Below are positions 49,641-62,849 of a stretch of DNA of 64,000 nt, in pieces. This DNA is from Hemiscyllium ocellatum (taxonomy: Eukaryota). Every line of letters begins with the position of its first letter. The first letter of the stretch is position 1. Under the pieces are notes generated by a model that worked only from the letters and a program-made list of their open reading frames with translations, had not been told where the DNA came from and ran no database searches. The position numbers and the translations under genes were made by a program. The DNA lies in assembly GCF_020745735.1 (NCBI RefSeq), contig NC_083424.1, positions 12,510,999 to 12,574,998 on the forward strand, read 5' to 3'.

Positions 49641-52600
49641 TAGAAACTGCTGCAGCTTGATTGTCCCAAACCATTAGTTGATGAAAAAGTAACTGGATGC
49701 AGAATTGGAAACAGCTGCTTATTCGCTTTATTTAAAAAAAAAAGTCATGGGATCTAAACATCAATGGCTAATAAGCATTTATGTATTATCCATCCTTATT
49801 TGTTCTTGAGAAAGCAGTAAGTGGTGAGTTGCCATAATATGTGTGGTGAAGATCTTCCCACTGTGCACTTAGAAACATTAGTTTTAGGGTTTTAACCCAG
49901 TGAAGTCAAAAGATTGACAATAGATTTCTTAACTCCCATTTTCTCTTCCTCTTTCTATTTCTTTCAACTTGAATTTTTTTCTAAAATCAGACAGATAAGA
50001 ATCACCAAGACACAGAGAATGCTATTTAAAATCTACTCAAGAACTCTTTCATGAGTTTTGAGGAAGATTCAGAAATAATGAGCCTTGTTTGTCTATTTAA
50101 TGTTTGTCTATTTAATGTTTAACTGGTCGACTCTCATTGCAGCCTAGTTGTGTTAGGACCATTATTATGTGTTGGAATGTTTGATTAAAGGAGACTAAAA
50201 GAGGAAAGGCAAGTTAGTTCTCTTTCTTTTACCTTCTTATATTCTCTTTTACTTGTACATTAAACATACATTGCTCGGCTTGGCTCCAAATGTTTCACAA
50301 TCCATACCATTCACCTTGCAAAGTAGATATGATATTTGGCAGCCTTTTGAGTATCATCTGGGATGAATTAATCTGTGAACAAATAGGAGTTTGTGCATGT
50401 AGAATTGTCTGAAAGCAGGGTGAGAATTTTCATTCTCTGCCCATTACAGATTCGAAGTTAAAGGTCTGTCAGACAGACCCTGTATTTAATTTACTCCTGT
50501 CTGAGTTCTACAGTAGTACCCTGCCTACAACACCGATTCACATTTACGTAGCACCTTTAACTTTATACATCATCCCAAGACACTTCACAACAGAATTATG
50601 AAACAAATTTGGTACTAAAATGTCAAGGAGATAGAAGAACAAGTGACCAGATGTGTGCAAAGATCAAAATGTTAAGATTTAATGTGTGCGGTGAGGTTTA
50701 GTGAAGGAATTTCAGACTTCATACCTAGGCAGCTGAATGCATGGCTGCTAAATGTAGAGTGATCAAAATTGGAAATGTTTTTAAAAGATCAGAACTGGAG
50801 GAGCGACATTATCTCAAATAGTTGTAAAGCTAGAGGGTGTTCTGAAAATGTGGAGAGGCCCTGGTGGGATTTGAAAACAGATGAGAATTTTAAAATGTAG
50901 GCGGCAAAGGAAGAGATGGTATTTTCTGCTACTGAAGGTATTTAACATTGCCTTGTTTGCATTACAACAGTCAAAGCCAGGATCACCACTGAAGGGAGCT
51001 TTATAATATCAATGTAACACATTTTACCCTTCTCATCCTTTCTCACCTCGTGTCCCAGAAATTTACTTGTCACAATACTTTGTATTATGCCTGAACTCCC
51101 TTCTTTTTATTAAAACAGTATAAAAATTTAAGTTTTCCAGTTGATCCTAGACCCTTAAAGAAACTCTAAATCTTTGACATGTGGAATTTCTCTTCTCCTC
51201 GTCCTTTTCTAGGTATAACTTCACATTCATTGTTGAAGTTTAACAAGTTGGTTGTTTCTGCATGGCCAATCTGAAATGGTTAAGTCATTCAGTGTTACAC
51301 TGTGGAGAGTATTTTAAATAATTCTGCGAGATAGAATTAAGTATTAATTTGCACGGACTATGTTGGTGTACAATGATCTTACTAATTTAGACTGAATTAC
51401 TCTGAATTGAGATCAAACTGGAGTGCTCAAATCATCAATCGTAAGAAGTTTTTTTTCTTTAAATTCTGAGTTTCTTTCCTATTTCACAACATAAGTCATG
51501 ATTTTGGTACAAATCAAATTGCAAGGATCTGCCCACAAATTCATATTAAGTGGAGCTTCAAGATAACTGACGAAACCTGATGCAAACTGATTTTCTGTTT
51601 GAAAAAAATGTTCAAGGGATGTTAGCATCACTGGTACACAGACATTTATTGCCCAGGAACAATAGTGGTGAGCAGCCTTTTTGAACTGCTGCAGTCCTTG
51701 AGGTATGGGACCTCCATAGTGCTGTGAGGAAAGGGTTCCAGGATTCTGAACAAGCTACAGTGAAGGAGTGATGATCTAGTTAGCATGATGCCCATTTTGG
51801 AGAGGGCCTGCAGAAAAACATTTGATTACAAACACATTCTACGTGGAAAGAAAAATCCCAAACGCAGTGAGTATATGCAAAATGTGTTAATTTTCAACTA
51901 CTTTGCACCTGTGACAGTGCTGCCCCTTTAACAAGGTTATGTTGTCCTTGGTTTTTTTTAAGAGGCATTGTAAAAGGCAGAGTTTCCAATTTGTCTGAGA
52001 TTTGGGGTCTTTGCTAATGGCTAACAGATACTGCCCAGGGCAGCAATCAGGCAGAAGGCTTTGAGGTTTGTTTTCATAACAGCTGTACAATGAAAGGGGA
52101 ATGGCCAGTCCTCCCAGTTCAGGGATTTTTCCAGTTTGGTTTAGTTTTAGCTGGGGACCCCAAGAAACAGTTGCAGATGAAAAGGGGTTCCATACTTCAA
52201 CAAATGATCCCTCCCTGATCCTCTCTCTTTCTGACATCTCTCCTGTAAGATCCTGTGTTTGAATTTACCTTCTTTGCCAAGGCGGGGAGGGAGGTGTTTA
52301 TGGGATGTTGCAAGAAATCAGAACAGCTCTTTAAGTTGCGGGGGATATCATGTTGGTTGGGTTTTCAAATCGTTGTTATTCTAAATTCTGTTTGGAAAAA
52401 GCTCTGTAATGGTTTTCTGCATAGCACACTGCCGGTGGATGAGAGGACACAGTCTGTCATGTCATCAGTGCAGCCAACCGTGTTTTCCATGTTTCTGGGT
52501 CTGCAGTGTGAAATTCTGTAGTATCTCTACAGACTTTGTAGCGTCAGCTAGGAGAGTTAGCTGGCATCCATCAACTTCTTCAGAGAGATGTGACCCCTCA

Positions 52601-52840
52601 GTGGAAAAAGTGCTGAGCCTCTGATTCAACCATCCGTTCCGTTGTGCGTAGCATTCAGTGTCATCCGCCTCGGCACACATTTCCATAGTTGTCTCTGCCA
52701 GAATTTCCATGTCATTGTACTGCAGGTGAGAGAAGAGCCTGGTCTTTGCATTGGTTTTCCTCACCCCAAGCTTCTTTTCAGCATGGCGTGTTTGACCTAG
52801 CATGGCAGCATTGGCAAGTGTGGGCACCCTCCCCATCTTC

Positions 52841-52957
52841 AGGCTTATGCCCGAAACGTCGAATCTCCTATTCCTTTGATGCTGCCTGACCTGCTGCGCT
52901 TTTCCAGCAACACATTTTCAGTTCTGATTTCCAGCATCTGCAGTCCTCACTTTTCCG
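52841..52957 (+). mobile_element. Penelope tail insertion truncated inside the hammerhead
   Basis: Starts at AGGCTTATGCCCGAAACGTCGAATC. TSD TCCCCATCTTC at 52830-52840 and 52958-52968. Confidence 0.8.
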
Positions 52958-53265
52958 TCCCCATCTTCCCATGCAGACACTGAGAGAATGTTTCTCTGGA
53001 ATCAAACCCAGGTCCCTGGTGCTGTGAGGTAGCCACCGTGCCAATGTGAATTTCCCAAGGAGATTTTGATTTCAAATGATTCCTTTTTCATGCTGTATGG
53101 CCTAATTACACTTAAATTAATTGGTACAAGCATATGGCTACTAATCTGGATTTTCTGAAATTTTGGCTTATTAAAGGCAATATTTTGTTAGACTTTCTAT
53201 CCTGCTGGTGAGAATAGCTGACAACTTTGAGACAACCAGAATTTTGGGTAATCCAAGTTTAACTG

Positions 53266-53630
53266 AGGGGGTGATCTTATAGAGGTTTCTAAAATCACAA
53301 GGGGCATGGATATGGTAAGTAAACAAGGTTGTTTCCCCGCAGTGGGGGAGCTCCAAAACTAGAGGGTTTGGTTTAGGCTGAGAGAGGAATGATTTAAGAG
53401 ATCTAAGAGGCAACTTTTTCATGCAGAGGGTGGTGCATGTATGGAATGAGCTGCCAGAAGGAGTGGTAGTACACTTACAATGTTTCAAAGGCATCTGGAT
53501 GGGTTTATGACTAGGAAGGGTTTAGAGAAACACGGGCCAAGTGCTGGCCAATGGGACAAGATTAATTTAGGATATTTGGTCTGCATGGATAAGTTGGACC
53601 CAAGGATCTGTTTCCCTGCTGTGTATCACT
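53266..53630 (+). mobile_element. CR1 3' fragment
   Basis: GATCTTATAGAGGTTT...TGGAATGAGCTGCCAG...CTGTTTCC tail. Confidence 0.8.
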
Positions 53631-54730
53631 ATTATTGGTTGCAGTTTCACTGGATGAGTTAGATATTCCAGCAGCCACAGCAGTAATGTAAAAGCAGTTT
53701 AGCTTGAAGTAAACTAGAGTCTGGGGTACACCTAGTTGCACAAGACACTCCGCTTACCAACTGAATGCTTTGGGTATTGTGAAGAGGAGGCTTCCACAAG
53801 TGCCATTTTCCAGCCTGCAGTAAATAGTTGTGGTGAATTCAGCTTTCATTCCTAAAACATCACAAAGCTTTTCTTTTTGCTAGGTGGTTGCTGTCCACTA
53901 GGGAGAGCCACAGCACATTTAAAATTGTATAATGACAGAATCATTACAGTAAGACATCTTTCTAAACAAGGAGATATAAAATGCCCTTTACTTGTTTCCT
54001 TTATCAGAAATAACCTAACCATTCATCTCTTGGGCTGTATCTCACTTGGAAGACTGTGGGATATTCTCATACCAGTCTGTTTTGCAACAAACATCCTGTT
54101 GTTTCCTTAAATCTTCTCCATTGATTGTGATCACAGGCTTGGGAAGGTTATTTGTTTGTTAATTGATCTTCATAGCTGTACTTTGAGTCTTCCCATGGTG
54201 GTACCCAGTTATTTGTCTTAAGCCAGTGCATTTGTTCAGTAGTGCAGTTATTTATCCATACAGCAACAACTTACATTTATATAATGTCTTTAATAGCACA
54301 AAAACATCCCATGGCATTTCATAAATGACTAGTCCACTACCTGACTTCGAGGCTACTCATTATTTTAACCTCTTCTTATGTGAATATGTTGAGAAATCTT
54401 ATCAAATAAGACATTTTCATTGGTAGTTTCAATCATGGTCTACGTACCTTTTTTCTGATATATGTAAATGTTTACTAAAGGACAAAGTACCTGCTTACAA
54501 TCATTAATGGCACTGTCAATCATTAACAATTTCTTTTTGTCTTGTGAGCCTATCAGCACTTATACAAGATGAAAGAGCAGATAGAAGACAATTAAATATT
54601 CTGTCAACTGTGATAAAAGGATGACTTGTTATGATAGTTGTGGAATCATGGGATTTGTTGCATGCTGGCATACTATGACCAGTCATTAACTTTAGGCAAG
54701 AAATATGGTCAGTTGAATTTGTACTGGAAG

Positions 54731-54780
54731 ATGCTTATACACTCAGTGAGCTGGTCCTCGGAGTCATTGAATCTGCAGAG
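54731..54780 (+). CDS. Possible alternative first coding exon of HPS4
   Basis: AAG ATG Kozak, MLIHSVSWSSESLNLQ(R), consensus donor GAG|GTAAGT in phase 2, compatible with the 57060 exon. No homology support. Confidence 0.3.
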
Positions 54781-55935
54781 GTAAGTAATAAAACATTCTG
54801 GGACTGAGAGGAAAGAGCTGAGTTTCCTGCAGATTGTCAGCTGGGAGTGCACAGTGGCAGATATAGCTAGCTTCTCTTTGGGAAAGCTAAGGTTTTTGTT
54901 TTGCTGTAAAATATGCATTTTCTAGCATGACCCTTTTTAGGTTGGGAAATCCAGGAGTGGGAAACAGCCCTGATTTTTTTTTCTTTTAATCTGATTCTCT
55001 CCCTAGTGTCCTGGCCAATAGTTATCGCTCAGTAGATTGCACATTATAAAATATCTGTGGGTGCTTGCTGTGAATAAGTTGACTGTGACTTTTCTTATAT
55101 TGCAACAATGACTAATACTTCAAAAAGCTCAATTGCCTGTAAAAGACGTTTGCAACATCTTAAACTAGTGAACAGCATGATATAAATGTAAGTCTGTTTA
55201 ACAGTAGCTTGCCTATCAGAATGTCAGCATTTAGCCTGTTTGGTACACTTGATAAATGTGTAAGAAAACCATTTCCTCTTTAAAGACATAAACCTGCTCT
55301 TTAGAAAGGGCATAGCTGCGTAAAATGTCAAGCACTTTTCTTGAATAAAAACAGAAAATGCTGGAGGAACTCTTCAAACTCTTTGAGGAGTCAAATTGCA
55401 CCTGAAATATTAACTCTGCTTTCTTGGTAGATGCTACCAAACCTGCTGAGATTTCCCAGCATCTATGTTTGCTTTTATTTGAACTGTTTCCTTGTCCTAC
55501 TTTGTGATTTTTGACTTATTTTGTATTTGTCAGCGGTGCTATAAAAATTCACATCTGTTTTGCTCGCGCTGAGGCTTGAAAGACCTTTTTGTTCAAATGT
55601 CAGTACAATTTATTCCAAACAAATTATTTCTGATAGCAAGATTTAATAAAAATCTGCAATTTAAAGTTGTATGGGATGAATGGAATATATAAGGAGATCA
55701 GGGAAAGAATGGAATTTAATTTCATGGGTTTATATTGGGAATTATGTCCATGTAACTGCTTTCTGAAGAAGAGGGTTGAGTTTCTCTTCAAAATAAATGG
55801 GACTGTCTTATAAAATAACCCAATCAATTTTGAAACCAATCATAGCATTTTCTTTCAATGTAAGAGAGCAAAATTTGTTGTTTGTCTAATATGTATCATT
55901 TTTCCTCCCCTATTATTACTTATTAAAATTCTGCA

Positions 55936-56290
55936 ATTCTGGTCTCCCTACTATAAGAAGGATGTTGTGAAACTAGGAAGAGTTCAGAAAAGGATGCCAG
56001 GACTTTGAGCTATAGGGAGAGGCTGAATAGACTGGGGCTGTTTTCCCTGGAGCATTAGAGGCTGAGTGGTGATCTTATATTGGTTTATAAGGTCATGAGG
56101 GACATGGAGAGGGTAAATAACCAAGGTCTTTTCCTCAGAGTAGGGGAGTCCAAAACTAGAGGGCATAGGTTTACGGTGAGAGTGGAAGGATTTAAAAGGG
56201 ACCTAAGGGGCAATGTTTTCACCAAGTGGATGGTGTGTGTATGGAATGAACTGCCAGAGGAAGTGGTGGAGACTGCTACAATTACAATAT
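55936..56290 (+). mobile_element. CR1 3' fragment
   Basis: VYKVMRDMERVNNQGLF...KTRGHRF...VWNELPEEVVE. Confidence 0.85.
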
Positions 56291-57059
56291 TTTATTTTAA
56301 AACACCATAAGCTTATGAAACAACATCAAAGGCTTAAATTAATTAAAAGTAGCAAATCCACAGTGGAGAAAGAAAGTTTCACCATAGCATCACGTAAAAC
56401 CATGAGCTGGCTTCTGATCCAGCCGAGCTGAGTACGTGCATCTCTTGTCCTTTTTAAAATATCCTAATATAACGTACATTGATCAGTCTCAATCCAGTTT
56501 TCAACTGGCATAAATCACACTGCAACAATTTTTTTAAAGATGACAACAATTTTATTCTAACAGTTTGAAAGATGGCTGAAGGATGTTTCCCTGTCCTGGA
56601 TGCTGAGGTACATGTTCAGAGCAATTACAGACTGTTCTCTTGTATCAACCTATGCTATATATCACCTGGGATTACTGAGTGTTGACGCTGTGTGTTTGAA
56701 ACGGGAAATGTTCCTTTTGCTAGCACAAACATTACTTCCCTCCAGTGTTAAATTACCACAACATGTAAATTGACGGAAGAAAATTAAATCCCATGTGTGC
56801 TTTACAAACTTATGGGAGGACATTTTCTAAATTGAATGCAGCTCCAGTATTTAACATGACTTTAAGGTTTTCCTGCATCTACTGATGCACCAGATAGACT
56901 GCGCACGTGCTTATATCTGCTTTCACACCGAGTTATTTGTGAAACAGGTTTCTAAGTTGTCATTGACTTAGTGTTATCAGGGAGAAGAAAGTTAACCGAT
57001 ATCAGCACATATATGTTGGTCTGTGTAATCTTTCTCATTTATTGTTCCTTTATGTCTAG

Positions 57060-57150
57060 GTGCAACTATTTCTTTCTCTATGATACTTCAAAAGTTAAAG
57101 AAGAGGGAGATCCAACGAGAGCTGGGATCTATTATTTTTTCCCTTCACAG
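57060..57150 (+). CDS. HPS4: HPS4 coding exon 2 (91 nt), longin domain
   Basis: [30 protein letters not shown], compared with human [30 protein letters not shown]. Acceptor TTTATGTCTAG|G, donor CAG|GTGAGA. Confidence 0.96.
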
Positions 57151-57287
57151 GTGAGACTCGAAATTAAAGTGGTAGTTTACTTCTTTTGGAGGGGAAGAGG
57201 TACAAACCAGGATTCCTGTATCAATGTAATTAAATTAGCTTAATTTATGAACAAAATGGCAATACATTTCAATACCCTCACGTTTAA

Positions 57288-57568
57288 ATTAGAATCCCTC
57301 CAATATGGAAACAGGCCCTGCGGTCCAACAAGTCCACACCAACCCTCTGAAGAGTAACCCACCCAGACCCATTCCCCTACCCTATATTTAACCCCTGACT
57401 AATGCATCTAACACTGTAGGCGACCTGGCCTGCACACTTTTGGATTGTGGGAAGAAACCCACACAGATACAGAGAGAATATGCAAACTCCAGACAGTCGC
57501 CTGAGGTGGGAATTGAACCCAGGTCCCTGGGGCACTGTGAGGCAGTAGCGCTAACCACTGAGCTGCCC
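57288..57568 (-). mobile_element. HE1/V-SINE-like SINE
   Basis: Reverse-strand family member in an HPS4 intron. Confidence 0.85.
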
Positions 57569-58019
57569 CTATGTTTATGTTTTGTTTTAACAAATGTTTT
57601 CTGAATTTACCCTAAATGATCAATGTAACCGACTATAAATGTTACACTTCTTAGAAAGAGTTATTGAGTAACAGTTCGGAGTGAGAACCTTCCTGTGTGA
57701 GTTTCTTTTCACTTTAGTTACTCTGAAGATGTCAGATTATGCAGAATTACAGGCCTACTCATGAAGACACATCCAGGTTGTCATCTATTCCTCCACAGTG
57801 GGTGTGGGCAGAGTAGCAAGCATAAAAGGGAGGTTGAGGGTGGGGGGAAATCCTTTTCAGCTGCCAATATTATTCTCATCTAGTCTTTATGTGAACATAC
57901 ACCATGAGCAGTTACGTGTCATGATTCATTTATTTTCCCAGTCTGTAATACTTAGCCAATGAACTGCCATGTTGATGGAGATAAATTATTACAACATAAA
58001 GTGACATCATCGTCTTCTG

Positions 58020-59708
58020 ACATCCACAACATAAGAGATGTCAGTCTTCAGCCAATATGACTTTTGCCATATGTTATAAAAAAAGCTAAATTCACTGGAC
58101 TTTGCACAGACTATGGGCCTTGGCAAGTTATAGAATCATAGACAGAGGTCATAAAGCACAGAAACAGACCGTTCAGTCCAACCAGTCCATGTCGACCATA
58201 ATCCCAAACTAAACTAGTCCCACCTGCCTGAACTTGGCCCATATCCCTCCAACTCTTCCTTATTCATGTGCTTATCTAAATGTCTTAAATGTTGTATCTG
58301 TGCTCACATCCACTACTTCTTTGTTTTCTGTGTTTGTTTTTCTGTCAGTAATAATAAAAAATTGTGCTTTAGAACTTGCCTTAACCAAATGTTCCACTAT
58401 GGCTCCAACACTAGCATCTATCTGGCAATGTGGAAAATTGCTTGGTTATGTTCTATACGCAAAAGCAAGACAAGTCCAACCTGGCCAATTACCATCAGTA
58501 GTGTACCTTCAGTCATTAGCAAAGTGATGGAATGGTTGTTGACAAGTGGCACTTTCTCAGCAATAACTGAGCTCAGTTTGGTTTCCACAGGGGCCACTCT
58601 GCTCCTGACCTCATAGAGCCTTGGTCCAATTGTGGTCAAAAGAGGTGAATGCCAGAGGTGAGATAAGATTGATAACACTTGATATCAAGGCAACATTTGA
58701 CCAAGTGTGCCATCGAGAAGTCTTGTCAAAACTGGAGTCATTAAGAACTGAGGAAAAACTCTTTGTTGGTTGGAGTCATAAATTGCACAAAGGAAGACAC
58801 TTAGGTTTGTTGGAGGTTAGTCATCACTACCCAGGTTATCATCGAAGAAGTTCCTCAGGGTAGTATTCCAGGGCCAATAAATGATCATGCCTCCATCATA
58901 AGGCCAGAGATGGTGTTGTTTGGTGATAATTGCAGAACATTCAGTGCCATTCATTACTTATTGGGTAGGGAAGAAGACAATGTACATATGTAGCAAAATC
59001 TGGACAACATCCAGGTTTGGATGGCAAATAACATTCACACCAAAGAATTGTAGGCAATGACCATCTCAGCCAAGAGAGAATCTAGTTTCCCCTTGATGTT
59101 CATTAGCATTAACATTGCTGAATTTTTCTAAGATGGCCGTCCTAGGACTGAAACTGAACTGGACACCCATATAAATGGGTGGTGAACAACATGCTTCCTT
59201 ACTCACAAGTCAGGAATGTGATGGAGTATTCTCCATTTGCCTGGATGAGTGTAGCTCCAATAACACTGGAGAAGCCTTTTAGGATGAAGCAGCCCCTTGA
59301 CCTCTTCAATACTCACTCTCTCCACCACCAGTACACGGTAGCAGCATTTTGTACCTTTCACTAGACGCATGCAGCAACTCATCAAGGTTTGTTTAACAGT
59401 ATCTTTCACACATGAAACCTCTACCTGGAAGAACAAGAGCAGCAGATGCTTAGGAACACCACCAAGTTCCCCTCCAAGCCACTCATCATCCTAACTTGGA
59501 ATTCTATCAGCATTCCTTTACAATTGCTGGTCAAAATCCTGAAATGTCACCCTTCCTTCTTAACAGGACTGTGGATGTATATTCATCTGAAAGACCTGCA
59601 GATGTGCAAGAATGCAGTTCACTACCACCTTCGCAAAGGCCATTAGGGATGGGCAATAAACACTGGCCTAGCAAATGACACTCTCATCCTATGAACAAAT
59701 GAATAAAA
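58020..59708 (+). mobile_element. Older copy of the same CR1/L2-clade LINE family
   Basis: LVQLWSKEVNARGEIRLITLDIKATFDQV, same 3' tail (GGGATGGGCAATAAA). Interrupted by a minus-strand CR1 tail at about 58130-58320. Confidence 0.75.
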
Positions 59709-60018
59709 ACTTTTACCTGATTACCAGCTAAATGTAGGAAATCTGAAGGTTCTCTTTAATTTTAAAACCATCAATTATTTGTTTGTCTTTTCGTTCATTT
59801 GTTGCTTACTTCTCCTCGGTGCTATTGTGTACTAGAGTCATGTTTAATGTCTGAGCGACCATTTCCACGGGTAAGCTTAGATTGTGAATGTTGTCATATT
59901 TGTCAACTGGAAAAGAGCCAATGTGGTTGAATCTGTTGTCTATCGTCTGCATTTGAAAACCTGACTTATTGGTGAGCAGGCTTCAGCTGATTTTCATACC
60001 CCACAGGCTTCAATTATT

Positions 60019-60368
60019 GGGCTGCATGGTGTCTCAGTGGTCAGTACAGATTCCTCACAGCACCAGGGAACTGGGTTCAATTCCAGCCTTTGGTGACTGT
60101 GTGGAGTTTGCATGTACTCTCCATGTCTTGTGTGGGTTTTGTCCAGGTGCTCCGCTTTCCTCCCACAGTCCAAAGCTGTGCAGATTAGGTGGATCGGCCA
60201 TGCACAATTATCCATCGTGACTAGGCACGTGCAGGCTGGGAGGATTAGAAATGGTAAATGCAGTGTCATGTAGATAGGGTGGAGGGTTTGGGTCTGTGTG
60301 GGATGCTCTTTGGTGGGTTGGTTTAGACTCAATGGCCTATTTCCACACTTTAGGATTCTATGATTCTA
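60019..60368 (+). mobile_element. HE1/V-SINE-like SINE (diverged)
   Basis: B-box GGTTCAATTCC, V-domain, GATTCTAT tail. Confidence 0.8.
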
Positions 60369-60647
60369 TTTCTAATGCTCCATTAGCCACCTAGCTGAAA
60401 TCAGCTTAGGCCATCCTAACTGGGAACTGGCCTCCTGGCCTATGTGGCTCAGCTTTGCGGTGCCTTTTGCAAATTTAGCAACTGGGAGTCACTTGTTTAA
60501 ATTTAAAAGATGTGGTCAGGTAAGTTGCAACATTTCATCCTCAACTAAAAGTCACTTGAAAAGTTTTCTTTCCATTTTAGATCCATCTTTTTTCCCTGTC
60601 ACTTTTGACTGACTCTCTAAATCTTAACTCTCACTTTTCTTGAACAG

Positions 60648-60791
60648 ACTACTCCTGACCAACAGGAATTGCTGTGTGGGCAGATAGCCGGTGTGGTTTG
60701 CTGCATTAGTGAAATTTCTGGATCACCACCCAGTTTAATCCACTTGCGAAAGCTGAAGTTTGCTATCCGTTTGGATGGGGAATACCTTTGG
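60648..60791 (+). CDS. HPS4: HPS4 coding exon 3 (144 nt)
   Basis: [48 protein letters not shown]. Acceptor TTTTCTTGAACAG|ACT, donor TGG|GTATGT. Confidence 0.96.
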
Positions 60792-60842
60792 GTATGTATA
60801 AGTGCAGATTCCCCCAGACCACCACCCCTTCCAAACTGTAAA

Positions 60843-62820
60843 TATCTCTTCTGGGATAGAAGAGACCTGTAGAAGAAAGACAGGTTGCACCTGAATTGGA
60901 AGAGGACTAATATACCGGCAGGGAGATTTGCTAGAGCTGCTCAGGAGGATTTACACTAGTAAAAGGGGAGGAGGTGTAATTGGGATCCAGGGAGATAGTG
61001 AGGAAAGAAATCAGTCCTAGACTGGTACAGTTAGGAAAAGGAGCAAGTCAAACAGTCAAGGTAGGCAGTAACAAAGCAGAGACTGAGGTCGGACTGATAA
61101 ATGAAACTGCATTTATTTCAACGCAAAAGGCCGAACAGGTAAGGCAGGTGAACTCGAGGCATGGTTGAGAACATGACACTGGGACATCATAACAATTACA
61201 GAAATGTGGCTCAGAGGTGGACAGGACTGGCAGCTTAAGGTTACAGACTACAGATGCTATAGGAAGGATAGAAAGGGGGGGGACAAGAGAGGAGGGAGAG
61301 TGGCATTTTTGATTGGGGATCACATTACAGCTGTACTTGGGGAGGATATTCCTGGGAATAGTCCTGGGAAGTTATTTGAGTGGAAGTGAAAAATAAGAAA
61401 GGTATGATCACCTTGTTGGGATTGTACTATAGACCCCACCAAACAGTCAGCAGGAAAATGAGAAACAAAATTGTAAGGAGATCTCAGCTATCTGTAAGAA
61501 TAGTAGGGTGGTTATGGTAGGGGATTTTAACTTTCCCAACATAGACTGGGACTGCCATAGTGTTAAAGGTTTAGATGGAGAGGAATTTGATAAGTGTGTA
61601 CAAGAAAATTTTCTGGTTCCTATGCGGATGTACCTACTAGAGGAGGTGCAAAACTTGACCTCTTGGGAAATAAGGCAGGGCAGGTAACTGAGGTGTCAGT
61701 GGGGGAGCACTTTGGGGCCAGCGACCATAATTCTAAAATAATGATGGAAAAGGATAGACCGGATATAAAAGTTGAAGTTCTAAATTGGAGAAAGGCTAAT
61801 TTTGACGGTATTAGGCAAGAACTTTCGAGAGCTGCTTGGGTCAGTTGTTTGCAGGTAAAGGGATGGCTGGAAACTGAGGAGTCTTCAAAAATTAGATAAT
61901 AAGAGTCCAGAGACAGAGTGTTCCTGTTAGGATGTCAGGCAAGGCTGGTAGGTGTAGGGAGTGCTGGATGACTAAAGAAATTGAGGTTATGGTTAAGAAA
62001 AAGAAGGAAGCATTCATCAGGTATAGACAGAAGAGATTGAGTGAATCCCTAGGCAGTATAAAGGCGGTCTATATATACTTAAGATGGAAATCAGGAGGGC
62101 AAAAAGGAGACATGTGTTGGCAACTAGCTTTAAGGAGAATCTAAAGGGATTCTACAAATATATTAAGGACAAAAGAATAACTAGGGAGAGAATAAGACCC
62201 CTTAAAGATCAGCAAGGTCACAGATGTGTGGAACTGCAGGAGATGGAGGAGATACCAAATGAGTATTTTGTATCAGTGTTTGCTGTGCAGAGGATATGGA
62301 AGATAGAGAACATGAGGAAATAAAGAGTGACATCTTGAAAAGTGTCCATATTATAGAGGAGGAGGTGCTGAATGGCTTAAAATGCATATAGATGGAGGGT
62401 TTGAGCTGCAGGGAGAGGCTAAGTAGGCTGGGGCTGTTTTCCCTGGAGTGTCGGAGGCTGATCTTTATAGAGGTTTATAAAATCATGAGGGGCATGGATA
62501 GGGTGAATAGCCAAGGCCTTTTTCCCAGGGTAGGGGAGTCCAAAACTAGAGGGCATAGGTTTAGGGTGAGAGGGGTAAGATTTAAAAAGACCTAAGGGGC
62601 AACTTTTTCATGTAGAGGGTAGTGCATATATGGAATGAGCTATTAGAGGAAGTGGTGGAGGCTGATACAATTACAATATTTAGAAGGCATTTTGGTTGGG
62701 TATATGATTGGAATAGGTATGGGCTAAATACTGGCAAATGGAATAAATTAATTTAGGATATCTAGTTGGCATGGACAAGTTGGACTGAAGGGTCTGTTTC
62801 TGTGCTGTACATCTGAGACT
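60843..62820 (+). mobile_element. CR1 LINE with ORF1 end, endonuclease region, internal deletion and 3' end
   Basis: LFWDRRDL...RLHLNWKRTN (ORF1 esterase end), ITEMWL...YRCYRKDR...GGRVA, VMVGDFNFPNIDW, SDHN...VLNWRKANFDGIR, then a jump at about 62390 to the 3' end LGLFSLECRRL...KTRGH. Confidence 0.9.
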
Positions 62821-62849
62821 CTTGAGATATTTTCTCTCTTCTGTGGTAG

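Noticed and set aside
50086-50120. 15-bp tandem duplication TGTTTGTCTATTTAA
   Set aside because: Ordinary slippage duplication in an intron with no sign of function; the same applies to the 16-bp repeat at 17581-17619 inside a SINE.
51930-52395. Possible solo LTR fragment
   Set aside because: No partner LTR, TG...CA termini with TSD, PBS or PPT could be established.
52465-52836. 123-aa minus-strand ORF
   Set aside because: No ATG-supported or spliced gene model. It only loosely resembles a decayed RT segment (SHLQYNDMEILAE versus YADD..LLA), too weak to call.
57131-57156. Recursive splice site (pyrimidine tract-CAG|GTGAGA)
   Set aside because: The pyrimidine run is HPS4 coding sequence (YYFFPSQ) ending at an ordinary donor.
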